Positions 10,862 through 23,197 of a stretch of DNA of 64,000 nucleotides are shown here, one piece after another. The position numbers and the translations under genes are program-made. The notes below the pieces were generated by a model. That model worked only from the letters and a program-made list of their open reading frames with translations. It searched no databases and was not told the DNA's origin. Position 1 is the stretch's first letter; each line of letters opens with the position of its first letter. The stretch comes from Caecitellus pseudoparvulus (Eukaryota; Protista; Bigyra: Bicosoecida): positions 1 to 64,000 of the forward strand of contig CBFFRQ010000052.1 of NCBI GenBank assembly GCA_965644315.1. The letters run 5' to 3'.

Positions 10862-13800
10862 CTAGCCCATGAGGCTGCGCATTTCCTGCTGCAAGCTCAG
10901 CGCTCCTGCCGCCCCTGGCAGGCGCGCCGAGCGAGTCTGGCGGCGTGCCGAACCTCGCCCACTTCCGTTCGCCAACCTGGTGCGGGACAGGCGAGCGGAG
11001 CTGGCGATACTGGCAGCACTCCACGTATTGGCCATGCCAGGTGGTGGGGTCGGGTGGGGCACAGCTGTGTCTGTGGGGAACCCTCGCCCAACTGTGGTGC
11101 CTGGCGGCGGCAGGTTCACCCGTCGACGGACAGGGCGGCCCACCTTGTCGAACACAGTGATGTACGCAAAGTGGGGCTCTTGCTCTGCGACAGGTCGGCC
11201 GCCGTTGTGGAGGTGGCCCGTCGCGCGGGCCTCCCCACGCCGTGCCGTGCCGGCCATGGCGCTTGATGAGATGCCGTTGTGAGCGTTTGCGCCGCTGCGC
11301 CCGTGCCCCTTGAAGTCCCGCCGACCAGAGAGGCGCTTGTCCTCCCCAATGAACAAGCGCTCCAGGACAGACGTGACAGCGCCGCCCTGTTCAGGGGGGG
11401 TGGGCAGGCGGAAGTTTCGCTGGGGCATGGCGGCGGGCCCCTCGGGCAGTGCGCCGATGATGGGGGACTGGATGCGGTCGTACAGGTGCACGCCATCCCG
11501 TGCCCGCCCCGTCTTGGCGAGGGGCTTGGGCTGCCACAACGGTGTCTGGGATGCCGCAGCATGCTTGGAGTCACTCGCACCTGCTTCGCCCCCCCCCGCA
11601 CCCAGCTGTCCTGCGAGGGAGGCCCGCACTCGAGGTCCAGCCTCTTCCCGCTCCCGCATCCAGCCTTCCAACTCCTCTGCTGCCCTGAGCTCCTCCTCCC
11701 GCGCCTCGGCACGCTGGGCGGCTTCGGCAGCCTCTGCACGCTCGATTGCACGAATGTCAGTGGTGGCAGCGTAGCTGGAGAACCCAGTGTCCCACTTGCG
11801 TGTGGGCGTGCCCGGGGTTGCCGCGACAGAGGCAAGGCTGCCCTCCGCTGCCAGAGCAGCCACTGTCGGCGCTCGCTCTTGCAAGGCCTTGCGGTGGGCG
11901 GCATCTGCAGTGGAACTAGGCGCCCGGGTGGCTGCCCGAGCGGCACTCTCGCCTCCCAGTAGGCGTGAGGACATGCCTGCCGGCTTGCTCCCCTCTTGCA
12001 GGCGTGTCAAGAGTGCCGTGCCACGCGTGGCTCCCATGGCCTCTGCGTGGTCCTGCAGCGTGCCCTGGATGTCGTCCACGAGTTCGTGAGCAGGCCCGTA
12101 GACGTCGTCGCCCCCCGCCCCTTGTGCCTCCGGCTCTGCCTGTGTACCCTGCACTTGGATGCCGGACACGCTGGGCCCCGACAGCAATGGCTGGGCTTCA
12201 CGCGCAGCCTTCGCCTCCTCTCGCTCCCAAATCGCCTCCGCAACTTCCTGCGGCGGCGCCGTGGTGCTTGCAGCTGGCGCCTGGGCAGGGGCTTTCTGGG
12301 AAGCCCCAGGCGCAGGCGACACGGCCAGCCCAGCAGACTGCAAAACGTCCAGGACGTTCAAGAGGCCGGTCCCGTTCGTGTCGAACAGGTCAAACAGCTG
12401 ACGGGACACGGCAGGTGTCAGGCGCAGCCCGAGCTGTGCCCTGCACAGGCGAACAAAGCCGTCAAAGTCCACCCACAGCCCGCGCTCTGCGCCGTGCTTG
12501 CTTGCTGGGCGGGAGGGCGCTTGCAGGCGCCCTCGTGCAGAGGCAGGGCGACTGCCGAGCGCCTGACGCAGTGCCGTCGTGCGGGTGATCATGCCAGGTG
12601 CACCAGGCGCTGCATCTTGCCGCGCCTTAAACACACCGCTGCCACCTGCCCGCCCTCCCGCCTGGGGAGTGTGCCCGCCTCCCAGCACTTCAGCAACGTG
12701 TTGAAGCTGCACGACGGGGGCAGTGCCCGCAGCACCTGCCAGGGTGCTGGCATCCACAGGCGGGTGCCCAGCAGAGGCGGCGTCTGTGTGGCTCTTTCCC
12801 ATCGCTGCGTGCCGCCTCCCGCGGGGGGAGGTCGCCCGTGCGAGTCGCCCAGAAGTCCGCAGGTGGTTCTGGGCCATGGCATAGGCATCAAAGGTGCCGA
12901 TGCGGGCAGCAACACGCTGCTGCATCTCTGCCAGAGCGCACTGTACCTGTTCTTCGTCCATGGGGCCACTGCCGTGTGCGTCAGAGACGGCGCCGCTGCT
13001 GGCGAGGGTGGCAGCCAGGCGAGTTTGGATGGCGGCGAGCGCTTGGCGAGGGTTCATGTTGTGGAAACCCGCCTGGTTGGCCTCTGGGTGGGTACTTGCC
13101 ACGGCCTCCGCCAGCTGCTTGGTGGTGACCAGCGTGGCGCCGGGGTCAGCGCTGGTGTGTGGGCCAAACACTTCTTTCGCCCGAGGTTTTCCAGCGGGCC
13201 GTTGGGGGGGAGGGCGCCCAGCTGACGGAACGCCCGTCCGTTGGCGGGATGGAGTGGGGGAGGTATCCCCCGTCGCCTGCGCCAGCATGGTGGCAGCCAG
13301 GGAGTGCCGCTGGCCCTGCACGAGCTGCCTGGCTTGGTCCAGGGCGTCAGACCCTCCCCGGATCGGCGAGGCCAAGGAGCCGTCAGCGTTAAACGGCTGG
13401 CGCGGGGAGCGTGTGGCACCCCCCGTCCTGCGCATGGTAGTGCTGCCACCCAAGGACTTGCGCCCAGTGCCAGCCTTGGCGGGGGGAGGAGCCGTCAGCA
13501 CCACTGCCTGCAACAGGGGCAGGGGCACTCTGCCGCTGCCGTCCATGTCCAGCGCCTGCATGAGGGAAGAGACTTCGTAGTCAGTCAAGTGCAGGCCAGA
13601 CTCCCCGATCACACGCTTGACACCAAGGCGCGTGAGGCCAGGGTGTCGCTCGGCGTCTTGGGCAGACATGGGCGCCATGAGCCTCGCGCCAGGAAGCACA
13701 GCCACATCATCGTCTGCTACCACGCTTCGTCGTGCAGGCAGGGCGAGAGCGTCCGCTCGTTCGGGTGCAGCGTCGTATGCTGAGTGGGCAATCTGGGCGT

Positions 13801-14143
13801 TCTTGGCCATGGGGAGCAGGCCTTTCTTCCGCAGCTGCGTCCGGACTTTGCGGATGGTCTGCAAAGGGAGAAGCGTGTCGCGGCGACGTGCTACGAGGCG
13901 CAATTGACCCCCCGCTCGGGCGCGAAAAGCAAGCCTGAGGCACCCCCCCCCTTGGTAGAAAGCAGGGTTGAAGCCATGCTCACATCTACCCCACCTTCCA
14001 CAAGGTTTGGAGGGCAAGGCACCGACCCTGTGCTTGCACCATCCTGCGGTCGCAGCGACACTGGCACGCACCTGATCGAAGGCTGCATTCCATGCCAGTT
14101 CAGCTGCAGCGCTCTGCTTGCGCGGGGATCTGGACGCACTCAT
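10862..14143 (-). CDS. Large low-complexity protein with two EF-hand-like loops
   Basis: Long ORF with loops ALDMDGSGRV and LFDTNGTGLLNVLD. Probable start MSASRSP at 14143 with an in-frame intron 14071..13859 (GTGCGT...cag). Confidence 0.65.
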   Translation of the reverse strand: MSASRSPRKQSAAAELAWNAAFDQVRASVAATAGWCKHRVGALPSKPCGRWGRCEHGFNPAFYQGGGCLRLAFRARAGGQLRLVARRRDTLLPLQTIRKVRTQLRKKGLLPMAKNAQIAHSAYDAAPERADALALPARRSVVADDDVAVLPGARLMAPMSAQDAERHPGLTRLGVKRVIGESGLHLTDYEVSSLMQALDMDGSGRVPLPLLQAVVLTAPPPAKAGTGRKSLGGSTTMRRTGGATRSPRQPFNADGSLASPIRGGSDALDQARQLVQGQRHSLAATMLAQATGDTSPTPSRQRTGVPSAGRPPPQRPAGKPRAKEVFGPHTSADPGATLVTTKQLAEAVASTHPEANQAGFHNMNPRQALAAIQTRLAATLASSGAVSDAHGSGPMDEEQVQCALAEMQQRVAARIGTFDAYAMAQNHLRTSGRLARATSPRGRRHAAMGKSHTDAASAGHPPVDASTLAGAAGTAPVVQLQHVAEVLGGGHTPQAGGRAGGSGVFKARQDAAPGAPGMITRTTALRQALGSRPASARGRLQAPSRPASKHGAERGLWVDFDGFVRLCRAQLGLRLTPAVSRQLFDLFDTNGTGLLNVLDVLQSAGLAVSPAPGASQKAPAQAPAASTTAPPQEVAEAIWEREEAKAAREAQPLLSGPSVSGIQVQGTQAEPEAQGAGGDDVYGPAHELVDDIQGTLQDHAEAMGATRGTALLTRLQEGSKPAGMSSRLLGGESAARAATRAPSSTADAAHRKALQERAPTVAALAAEGSLASVAATPGTPTRKWDTGFSSYAATTDIRAIERAEAAEAAQRAEAREEELRAAEELEGWMREREEAGPRVRASLAGQLGAGGGEAGASDSKHAAASQTPLWQPKPLAKTGRARDGVHLYDRIQSPIIGALPEGPAAMPQRNFRLPTPPEQGGAVTSVLERLFIGEDKRLSGRRDFKGHGRSGANAHNGISSSAMAGTARRGEARATGHLHNGGRPVAEQEPHFAYITVFDKVGRPVRRRVNLPPPGTTVGRGFPTDTAVPHPTPPPGMANTWSAASIASSARLSRTRLANGSGRGSARRQTRSARLPGAAGALSLQQEMRSLMG

Positions 14144-14353
14144 ACTGCGGTGCCCACAGAGGGTGCAAGTCGTCTGCTGGTGCGGTCTGCGGCTTCCGCT
14201 TGGCTGCGGCGCGTGCACGGATCGAATTGCCCCACCGACCGCGCAGGACGTGGCCGGCAGCAGCAAGCGTGAGAGGGCCTTAGATGGACTGCACAGCAGT
14301 GCCTGGGCGCCAGGAAGCACGGGTTTCTCAGTGGAAATTGCCCAAGCCGCAAA

Positions 14354-15837
14354 CTACAGTGTGCGCAGGTGCCCTGTGACGGGGTCCAGGGCTGACGCGA
14401 AGGCTGGCCCGATAGCCACGACGGTCTGGCTGCCCGGGGCTACCTCTGTGCGCCCCGCGTCTCGAATGGCATGCACAGGGAGCCCCACAGCGCGGGCCTT
14501 GGCGCTCAACTGGTCCATCTGCTCCCTGCCGGGCACAGAGAGCACGACCACTTTCTCCCCCGCACCTTGCCACTGCGCGACGGTGAGGGTGTCGGCCCCA
14601 CCAGCTGCAGCCAGGGCAGCGTGCGCGCACTGTGCAGCCACCTTCCCCACTCCCATGCCCAGGGAGGCGTCCACGAGCAGCACCAGCTTCAAGTCGAAGG
14701 ACCAGGAGGAAACGAGCGCGGACAGATCAGCAGGCAACCCTGCCGGCGCTGAGCCCGCAGCTGCAGCCAGGCTGGACTGCGCGCTGGCACCTGCGGCGGC
14801 CACATCCCCCGTCTGCGCCTGCATGGCACCCGACAAGTCCGGCGGGCTCGGCATGGCGGGCTCCGGCACGCCCGTGCCCTCCTCTTCGTGGGCCATGAGC
14901 CACTCCAGAGCTGCGTCCACGCTGGCGCTGTGCACTGCGTGCAGCGCTCGCCGGGCATGCGCCACGGGGAAGCCCATGGCCACGAGGTCCTCCAGCAGTG
15001 GGGCTGCCGCGTCCAGCGCGTCGGTGGCTGGCGTGGAGTCTGCGGCCGTTGGCGGGGCGGCCTGGAACGAGCTCAGGCCGTGCGCCTCGGACACGTGCTG
15101 TGCAGTGCAACGCAGCAGGTCCAGCGTCAGCTCCAGCAGCTTGGCCAGCGGCAGGGTGCTGGCGGATGGCACGTGCACGAACATGGCCGTCTCCTCACCG
15201 CAGCCGGCCTGCCCGGCACACCGGGAGAGGGAGTGGTAGAAGATGAAGTTGCAGAGGAAACGGCCCGCATCCTCGCTCACTGCCACGGCGTGGCCCTGTG
15301 CGATCATCGCAGCTGCCAGCTTCTGCACGGGCAGCGCTGGGGCTCGGCACTGCCCGTGCTCCTCCCCCGGCACGACGCACTGCCCCACGGGCTGCGCCCC
15401 AGCTTCGTCTGGGATGCCGAACGTCGCGTCATTCACGGCGCAGCACTCCAAGTTCACCCTGGGACGCCCGGCAGCCACGCCAAAGTGCAGCCAGATCCGT
15501 GACGTGCGAGGCGGCAGAGGGGGCAGCTTCTGCACCTCCATCGCCACTTGCAGCGGCGCCTCCTCTGCGGCCGTCTTCAGGATGCTCGTGCACTCCACGC
15601 TTGCAAAGGGCGGAAGGGAGGCACTCTCCAGCGCCGAAGGCAAGGCCTCCATCAAGTCACTCGTCGGGTTTCGCGGCACGCCTCCGAACGGGCCAAAGCT
15701 GCGCGGAGACAAGCGTGCGTTGCGCCAGCGTTTCACACGTCGCAGAAGGTGAAGCCTTGGACGCACCCTGTCAAGCAGAACTGCACTTTCCAGGGCTGCT
15801 CATCTGAAGGAGGAGGCGGTGGCAATGCTGATGCCAT
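14354..15837 (-). CDS. Fusion of pyroglutamyl peptidase I (C15), UBA and peptidyl-tRNA hydrolase 2; exons 15837..15767 and 15698..14354
   Basis: Splicing restores LTGFGPFGGVPRNPT. Peptidase motifs HFGVA, NLECCAVN, SEDAGRFLCNFIFYHSL, FVHVP. UBA: LVAMGFP...ARRAL...VDAALEWLMAH. PTH2: MGVGKVAAQCAHA, IRDAGRTEVAPGSQTVVAIGP, VTGHLRTL. Confidence 0.9.
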
Positions 15838-16065
15838 GCTGACCTTAGGACAGCGCAAGGCCTGGAGCGACGAGCCAGGGTTCTGTGTGGCGGGTTGGCG
15901 CAAGCGGCCTGCGAAAGCCGACCAATCAGCAGGCGCAGCAACAAACAAGCCGACAAGAGAGGGTGATTCGATGGCGATAGCCAGCTGAAAAGTAGTACTC
16001 TTTGCATTGTGCGGTTCTCCCTGGTCACCTGGAGCTGCCTAACCCTCCACAGTCCCCACTCACGA

Positions 16066-17449
16066 ATGGCTTCCGTTGCGACCAAGGCGCCCTTGGCAGC
16101 GCCGTCTGAACCAGTCGATTGGGCTCGCATTGAGCGACTCCCGGCACAGGAGGAGTTCATCGAGCACGTTGAGCCAGCCCGGGCAGGCCACACGGTCGCC
16201 CAGTTGCAGGATATGGTGCTGTACGGTGTGTGCCCCCCGAAACGCTGTGGTAACGCCTGCTTCCCTCAAGCCGCCCCGCGTGCTACCTGCAGGGGACCCT
16301 GGACTGACATACCCAGAGTATGCCACTCAGTGCCCAGGTCTAGCCACTGGCCAGGCCCTCCTGTCGCTTTCTGGGCAGTACATCCAGGAAACGCAGGTCT
16401 TCCTCCAGGCACACAGCAGCAACTTGGCTGCGAAGCTGTCGGTGCAGCAGGCGGAGCTGCGGAGCCTGCAGGAGGAGCTGGAAGGGCTGCGAGCCACCAG
16501 GGAGGCGCTCGAGCGCCAGGAAACGGACAATAAGAACACCATCGAGTCCCTGCACGCTGTCGTGTTCTCCATGGAGCCCGCCCTAGCAGCCAGGCTGCGC
16601 AGGGCTGACGACGGCAGCCTCCTGGTGCGCTCAGACACGCAGACCCGCCCGGCGCAGCTCTCCCGCCGCGTGCGCTCGACGGAGTCCCGGCGCCGGCGGC
16701 ACCTCGTGCGCCACACCGTCAACGGCCGCGTGAAGGAGGAGCATGTCGTCATCGGGCCAGCGCCCGAGACGCACTTGTTCCCCGACCTGCACCCACCCCC
16801 AGGGACGCCCCCTTCCATGCCCTCTGCGGCTGCCTTGGCAGCCAGCGGTGGCGCCCGCCTGTCCTCGTCCCAGCCGGACGTGTCAGCGGAGGACAGCGCT
16901 CTGGGCCCCCCTCGCCTGGGCACCGCAGGGCCCTTGCTGTCCACCCTCACCACCGGCCCAGTGCCCAGCATCGGCGAGACGGTGGCGGGCACTGGCCGAC
17001 CAGGCGTGCCACCCCGGGCGCCCAGACTGCAGGAAGTGCAAGCGGGGCACATCCCCCTGACGGGGACACCGGGCGGCTCCACCTTGCGCACCGTGGAGCT
17101 GGATGTGGACTTGGCCTCCACGCGCTCAGCAGGCCCCTCGCGGGGCACGTCGGCAGCCACATCCCCCGGAGAGCAGCCAGACGCAGCCCCCACTGCGCCG
17201 AGTGCAGGCGCACCCCCTTCCACAGCGCCCGCCTTGGATGCGGAGGCACACCCCCTGCGGCAGTCCTTGGGCGCCGTGTCCGCTGTCGCTGCCAGTCCGA
17301 CTGAGGCGGGGGCAGCGGAAGAGGGGCGAGCGGAGGCCAAGGCGTGGGAGGGCAGCGAGGGGGCCCTGGACAGCAGCGGCTCAGAGTTGGACACCAGTGC
17401 CGACCTGGACGTGGGGGACTCCTCCTCGGAGGGCAAGGAGTACTTCTGA
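16066..17449 (+). CDS. Coiled-coil hypothetical protein, possibly with a Dzip/Iguana-like N-terminal domain
   Basis: Exon 1 MASVATK..PVDWARIERL..LQDMVLYG, intron ~16227..16292, then L..QY...TQ.FL and a heptad stretch. Resemblance to Dzip-like_N is weak and by eye. Confidence 0.55.
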
Positions 17450-17453
17450 CAAG

Positions 17454-17461
17454 AATGCATT
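17454..17461. terminator. Candidate bidirectional 3'-end/polyadenylation signal AATGCATT
   Basis: Palindrome in the 35-bp gap between convergent stops at 17449 and 17485. Function inferred from position only. Confidence 0.5.
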
Positions 17462-17484
17462 GCTCGGAGCAGGGCACGGCGCCG

Positions 17485-18406
17485 TCAGCCGCCCAGGACG
17501 TTGCCACGGCCCCACTGGTGCCCTGCACCCCCCCTGGCGGCGCCACCCGCCGCAGCGGCCATGCCGCCCCCCATGCGCTGCACGGCGTTCAGGTGAGATG
17601 GCACGGTGCCCATGAGGTTGCTGAGGAAGAGGGGTGTGTACAGGAACGTCTTGCCGCCCATGAAGCCGGTGGAGGCGGGGAGCACTTCCTGCAGGAAGTA
17701 GTACACGTGCCCCGCGGCGATGCCCATGAGGTCGAAGACGGGGGAGTTCCCCAGCAGCACGCCGAAGGCCAGCATGACCCAGGGCAAGTACACCGCCTTG
17801 AACTGGAACCCGAAGAAGGGCATGCGGGCGACGTCGTTGGGGTTGCGGTTGGCCCACACGTACAGAATCATGAAGACGAGGGAGGAGCCCAGGAAGGGCA
17901 CGCCCATGATCCAGCCCATGAGCAGGAGCTGGGCCATGCCCAGCACCAGCATCCAGACAAAGTCGGCCACCGTGCCCAGGTGTGTGCCGCCGCCAGAGGG
18001 GTACGGGTTGGTCTCCAGGCGCAGGCAGTAGTTGATGAGCAGGTACACCTGGAAGATGAAGCCCAGGCTGAACTTGCCGAAGAAGACGAAGGGCGTCACC
18101 AGTCTCCAAATCTGCGCGGGGGGCGCAGCAGGTGTGCTCCGTGCAAGCCACGTGGTGTGAGCCACCACGCCAGCTGCGAAGAGGCGGCCTATGCGACGGC
18201 AGCTTGCCGCTGCAGCGGCACAGGCTGGCACACAAGGAGGCATGACGACGCACCTGAAACTTGCTGAACAAGAGGCTCGTGTCCAAGTGCAGAGTGAAGG
18301 GGGACAGCATGCCGAAGCTGACCAGGGAGGTCGTCGCCACGGCAGCAGTCATGTAGATGCGCGTGACGGGGGGCAGGGAGTTGTACCACTCCTGGGGTGA
18401 TGACAT
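17485..18406 (-). CDS. DERL: Derlin (Der1-like ERAD membrane protein); intron 18253..18112
   Basis: WYNSLPPVTR, FQ|IWRLVTPFVFFG, YVWANRNP, FKAVYLPWV, GIAAGHVYYFL, C-terminal SHP-like WGRGNVLGG. Confidence 0.93.
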
Positions 18407-18920
18407 GGCTGATACCCAAAGGAAGGGAGCTTGCTACTGTGCGAAAGGCAGGCGAGGGGCTGGCTTGCTGCAGCGCCTGGAGTGCGGGGGGTGGAAAGCG
18501 GCGTTTCGCCCCGCGTTTCGTTGGAAGGCACGCTTGCGACAGGAGAATGCAGGCAGGCTGGGTCGGGAGGAGGACGTGACGGCGCATCAGCGTGCTTGAA
18601 AGGTGCATGTGGGGGGTGTTTGCAGATTGTGCTCGCTGAGAACGCTGCTAGTTGCGTGCTCGCGGCCTGGACACTGCCCCCCTGCCCTCGACGCAGCTTG
18701 CGCCTCTCACCGCCCACGCACGAGGCCCCCTTGCCCTCGCTCAGCGCCTGCAGGAGGTGGCGGAGCGCCCGTGCACCTCCTAAAACTCCCCACCCACCCC
18801 ACTGAGACCATCCATGCGCCCCTCCTGCCTGCTCCCTCCTGCCCGTTGAGCGAGTGCAGGCGAGGCTGCTTTCTCTCCTTGTTGTTGCAGGTGGCACCTG
18901 TCCCCCTGCTCGCCGTCGTC

Positions 18921-20984
18921 ATGGCCGTGCCGGCACTGCAGATGAGCGACTTGCCGCCGACTCACCAGGAGCGGCTTGTGGACTTCCTGTCCGAGAACAA
19001 TGTGCACGTGCGTCCAAGTCAGCAGCGTGGCGGGCACTCGCGAGGCTGCAGGTGCACTGCACCCCGCCGCGCCCCTTTCTGTTTCCAGTTCTACCTCGAC
19101 ACTGACGGCCACTACGTTGCCAACGTGCGCATGTACGATCCCGCGGTCATGGAGGAGATGGGGATTTCGACTGAGCCAAAGGCGCGAGCGTCGCCGTCAG
19201 GGAAGCCCAAGGTGAGGCACGCAGCCCGGCACTGGCGCCGTGCGGAGTTTCAGCGCTGCCGTCCCAGCCCACCTTACGCCCTGCCGCACTGCGATGCCCC
19301 CGTGCCTGCTCCAGACTGCGACTGGCAGGAAGATCAAACGCGATCGCATCTACGAGGCGCTGGCTGAACAGGACGCGCTGTTCGACTACTCCGTGTACCC
19401 CAAGTTCTAGTGAGTGCAGAGCTGCTTGCTGCACACCCTGCGCCGGATCGTGCACTGCCTCCCCCCCCCCATTTGCCCACCAGCTCCCTCATCTCCCTCC
19501 GGGACAACATTGCACCCAAGCTGCGCCCCCTCTCGTGGCTCATGCGCTTGATTGAGGAGATCTACGACAACCGCTACGCCCGTGACACCGCCGAGCTGCG
19601 TGAGGAGGCCGAAGGTGCAGCCGGCGCCACTGCCGCACCGCCCAAGTCTCGTGGCCCCTCGGACTTCCCCTCCTTCGTGGTGGAGTTTTTCTCCAAGCGC
19701 TACGGCCTGCCCCAGCTCATCGACCAGACCTGCTGGGACCTCCTGTACAACGTGCATGCGGCACGGAAGGAGTACTTGGAGGTGGAGGTGTTCGCGCGGT
19801 TCCTGGAGGAGTACTACGACCCAGATGACCTCCTCTTCTTCCTGTACGTGCGCTCTGTCGTGCAGAAGGAGCTGCGCTTCACCTTCCGCTCCCGCTGGAC
19901 GGAGCTGGGCAAGAGCGTCCTGGGCGCGGACAAGACTCCCAAAGCCATCTTCATGAGCCAGCGGGAGTGCCAGCTGGTGGCACGGGTGGTCTTTGGCGCA
20001 GAGGGGGACCCACTGTACCGCACCTTCATGGCCCTCGTGGACTCTCGACTGCAGGCGGGCCCCGCCGCCGTGTCCACTCGCTCGGGGCGCTCCACTGGCG
20101 GGGACTCCCGCCGCATTGAAGTCATGCAGTTCTTGCACTTGGCCCTGACGGAGTACCACGACACGCGGCCCGCAGAGGAGCTGGAGGCGCGGGGGTACGG
20201 CGGCAACCCTGGCGACGGCCAGTCCCGCTCCGGCAGCGCCGTGGTGGCAACTCGCCCTGGCCTGCCTGACAGCCCCGGTGTCAGCGGGTCGCCCACGGAC
20301 AGGTCTGCTCCCCGTGGAGGCAACGCCATGGGGGCCACCGGGGCCTCCCAGAGCAAAGCTGAGCAGGAGCGCCTGTTCCGGGAGGCTGAGCGTGAGTACG
20401 AGGCGAGGCAGGCCCAGCGCAGTGCCATGGGCGAGGCCGCCTCGGATGCAGGCCTGTTCGGCGCTTCAGCAGGCGGCGCCACTGGCTCACCAGGCGCGCC
20501 GGCCTCGCCACCTGGCATGGCACCCCGTGCAGCGGCAGCAGTGGCGACCCCTGACCAGTCCGTCCTGGACGCCCTGGCAGCTTGCATGCACACCAACAAC
20601 GAGGCGTACCTGGACACGCTGCTGAAGCCAGCGGTGTCCACGCTGCCTGCAGAGATGGTCACCCAGCTCCGCAGCGACGTGCAGGCGACCCTGGAGGAGC
20701 ACGTGGACAGCGTGCTGGAGAAGGTCATCCTCATCAGTCGGGGGGACAAGGCGACAGCTGCCGCCAGCGACGCCAGCACACGGTCCCTGGCCACCCAGTT
20801 CACGGCAGTCATGGCGCAGGGCACTGCAGGGGGCACCGGGGAGGGCTCGCCCATGGACGACTTCTGCAAGGGGGTGCTGTCCCTGCCCCCCATGAAGCAG
20901 GAGATGGAGCCGCTCTGCACGACCCTCATCACGTACGCACAGGCCAGGCTGCAGGAGGCGACGGCGGAGTCCCCTGCTGAGTGA
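18921..20984 (+). CDS. Conserved hypothetical protein (possibly TSNAXIP1-like/ciliary), multi-exon
   Basis: Start MAVPALQ, donors at ~19008, ~19212 and ~19410. Globular helical core WLMRLIEEIYD...FFSKRYGL...EVEVFARFLEE...DLLFFLYVR. Family call tentative. Confidence 0.6.
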
Positions 20985-21224
20985 CTGCTCCCTGTCAGCG
21001 AGTGTGTGTGAGCCTCTTCTCGTCTGCTGCACGCCTCCGGGCCTCCGAGAATGCATGCTGTGCAGGCTTGCGGCGCGGGCGGCCAGGAGGCTGGCCCCAA
21101 CTCGGGCAGTCAGCCTTGACCTAGCAAAACAACCAAAACTCATCTGGAGCATGCTAGGCTTAGCATGCTTTCCTTTGCATGCTTGCACGTTGTGGGCTCT
21201 CGTCAGCTCGCGCTGCGTGCCAGC

Positions 21225-23007
21225 ATGTTGGCTCGAGCGGCGCGTGCCGCCACGGCCGTGGCAGGTAAGAGCACCGCGCCTGCCCGCGGTGAGGCCGGCA
21301 AACACACCTACTGCACGTGCATACACACTGCCATCCCTGCTCACAGGCGCCGCGAAGCAGCGGCGGGCGCTGCACGCAACAGCGGGAGTGCTGGCGGAGG
21401 TACGTGGCTGGTGAAGTGCCGCAGGTTCCTGGCGCAGCGCAACGCCACCCTCCTCGCGCCTCCTTGCTCTGCCTGCAGGACGGCAAGCACCTGCGTGTGC
21501 ATGGGGGCCTCGCGGATGAGGACCGCATCTTCACGAACCTGTATGGCGAAGCAGACTGGCGCCTGGGCGACGCCCTGAAGCGAGTGCGTGTGTGCTGGCG
21601 TGGCGGAGGTGTACCCGCCCACTTTGACTTCGCGCTCCCCGCCCCTTGCTTCGACAGGGCGATTGGTACAAGACCAAGGACCTGCTGTGGATGGGCCCTG
21701 AGGGCATTGTGTCTGAGATGAAGGCTTCTGGCCTGCGTGGCCGAGGGGGTGCCGGCTTCCCTTCTGGCCTGAAGTGGTCCTTCATGCCCAAGAAGTCTGA
21801 CGGCCGCCCCTCCTTCCTCGTCGTCAATGCTGACGAGTCGGAGCCAGGCACGTGCAAAGACCGTGAGATCATGCGCAAGGAGCCCCACAAGCTCATTGAG
21901 GGGTGCCTCGTCGCGGGCTTCGCCATGCGTGCGCGGGCCGCGTACATCTACATCCGTGGCGAGTTCTTCAACGAGGCCATGATCCTGGACGAGGCCATTC
22001 ACGAGGCGTATGCAGCTGGCCTGCTGGGCAAGAACGCAGCTGGCTCTGGCTACGACTTTGACGTGTACCTGCATCGTGGCGCCGGCGCGTACGTGTGCGG
22101 CGAGGAGACTGGCCTGATCGAGAGCCTGGAAGGCAAGGCCGGGCGCCCTCGCCTCAAGCCTCCGTTTCCGGCTAACGCGGGCTTGTACGGCTGCCCCACG
22201 ACCGTGACGAACGTGGAGACAGTGGCGGTGAGCCCCACCATCCTGCGCCGAGGGCCCGAGTGGTTCGCTTCGTTTGGGCGCAAGAACAACGCCGGCACCA
22301 AGCTCTTCTGCATTTCAGGGCACGTGAACAACCCCATCACGGTGGAGGAAGAGATGTCCATTCCCCTGCGCGAGCTCATCGAGAAGCACTGCGGCGGCGT
22401 GCGGGGCGGCTGGGACAACCTGCACTCCATCATCCCCGGCGGCTCCTCGGTGCCCCTCCTGCCCAAGTTCATCTGCGACGACGTCCTCATGGACTTTGAC
22501 GCGCTGAAGGAAGTGAAGTCCGGCCTCGGCACTGCTGCTGTCACGGTCTTCGACAAGACGGTGGACCCCATCGCTGCCATCCGCCGCCTGTCGCACTTCT
22601 ACGCCCACGAGTCGTGCGGGCAGTGCACCCCCTGCCGTGAGGGCACGCACTGGATGGAGACGCTGCTGAACCGCATGGAGGTTGGGGACGCCCAGCAGGA
22701 GGAGATCGGCGTGCTGGAGGAGCTGTCGCGAGGCATCGAGGGGCACACCATCTGCGCGCTGGGCGACGCCGCGGCCTGGCCCGTGCAAGGTCTCATCCGG
22801 CACTACCAAGATGTCATCGAGGACCGCATCGACAACCCGGGCGCCTTCGACGCGGAGGCACACTTCCAGCGGTCCTGGTCGGGTGCTCCCTTCGAGAACA
22901 GCGAGTGGGTGCAGAAGACTTCAGCTGCGTACCCCTCGTTTGTCGGCGCAGGGGAGGGCGTGAACGTCTCTGGGGAGCTGAAGAAACTGGTGGGGCAGCA
23001 GGCCTGA
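21225..23007 (+). CDS. NDUFV1: NADH:ubiquinone oxidoreductase 51 kDa flavoprotein subunit, mitochondrial, multi-exon
   Basis: [59 protein letters not shown]. Presequence [14 protein letters not shown]. Confidence 0.97.
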
Positions 23008-23197
23008 ATGCACAATCACCACTCACCAACCACCTCCACGTCTCCACGGCAGCAATGCGTCGCGCCTGGCACGTAGTCTTTCGCCGCCAGCCTGTGCACC
23101 AAACCTGAGACTTCCTCTGCTGGTGACTTGGCTCGGAGCTGGAGAGCACCGCGTGGCCAAGTGTTGTGCAGCAGGCCTTGGACGTACCAGCTGAGTC

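Noticed and set aside
14144-14320. ORF-track N-terminal extension of the EF-hand protein, and similar extensions on RPS11, PTH2 and RFC5
   Set aside because: These are open-frame run-through into UTR or intron sequence. Better ATG starts and splice sites exist downstream.
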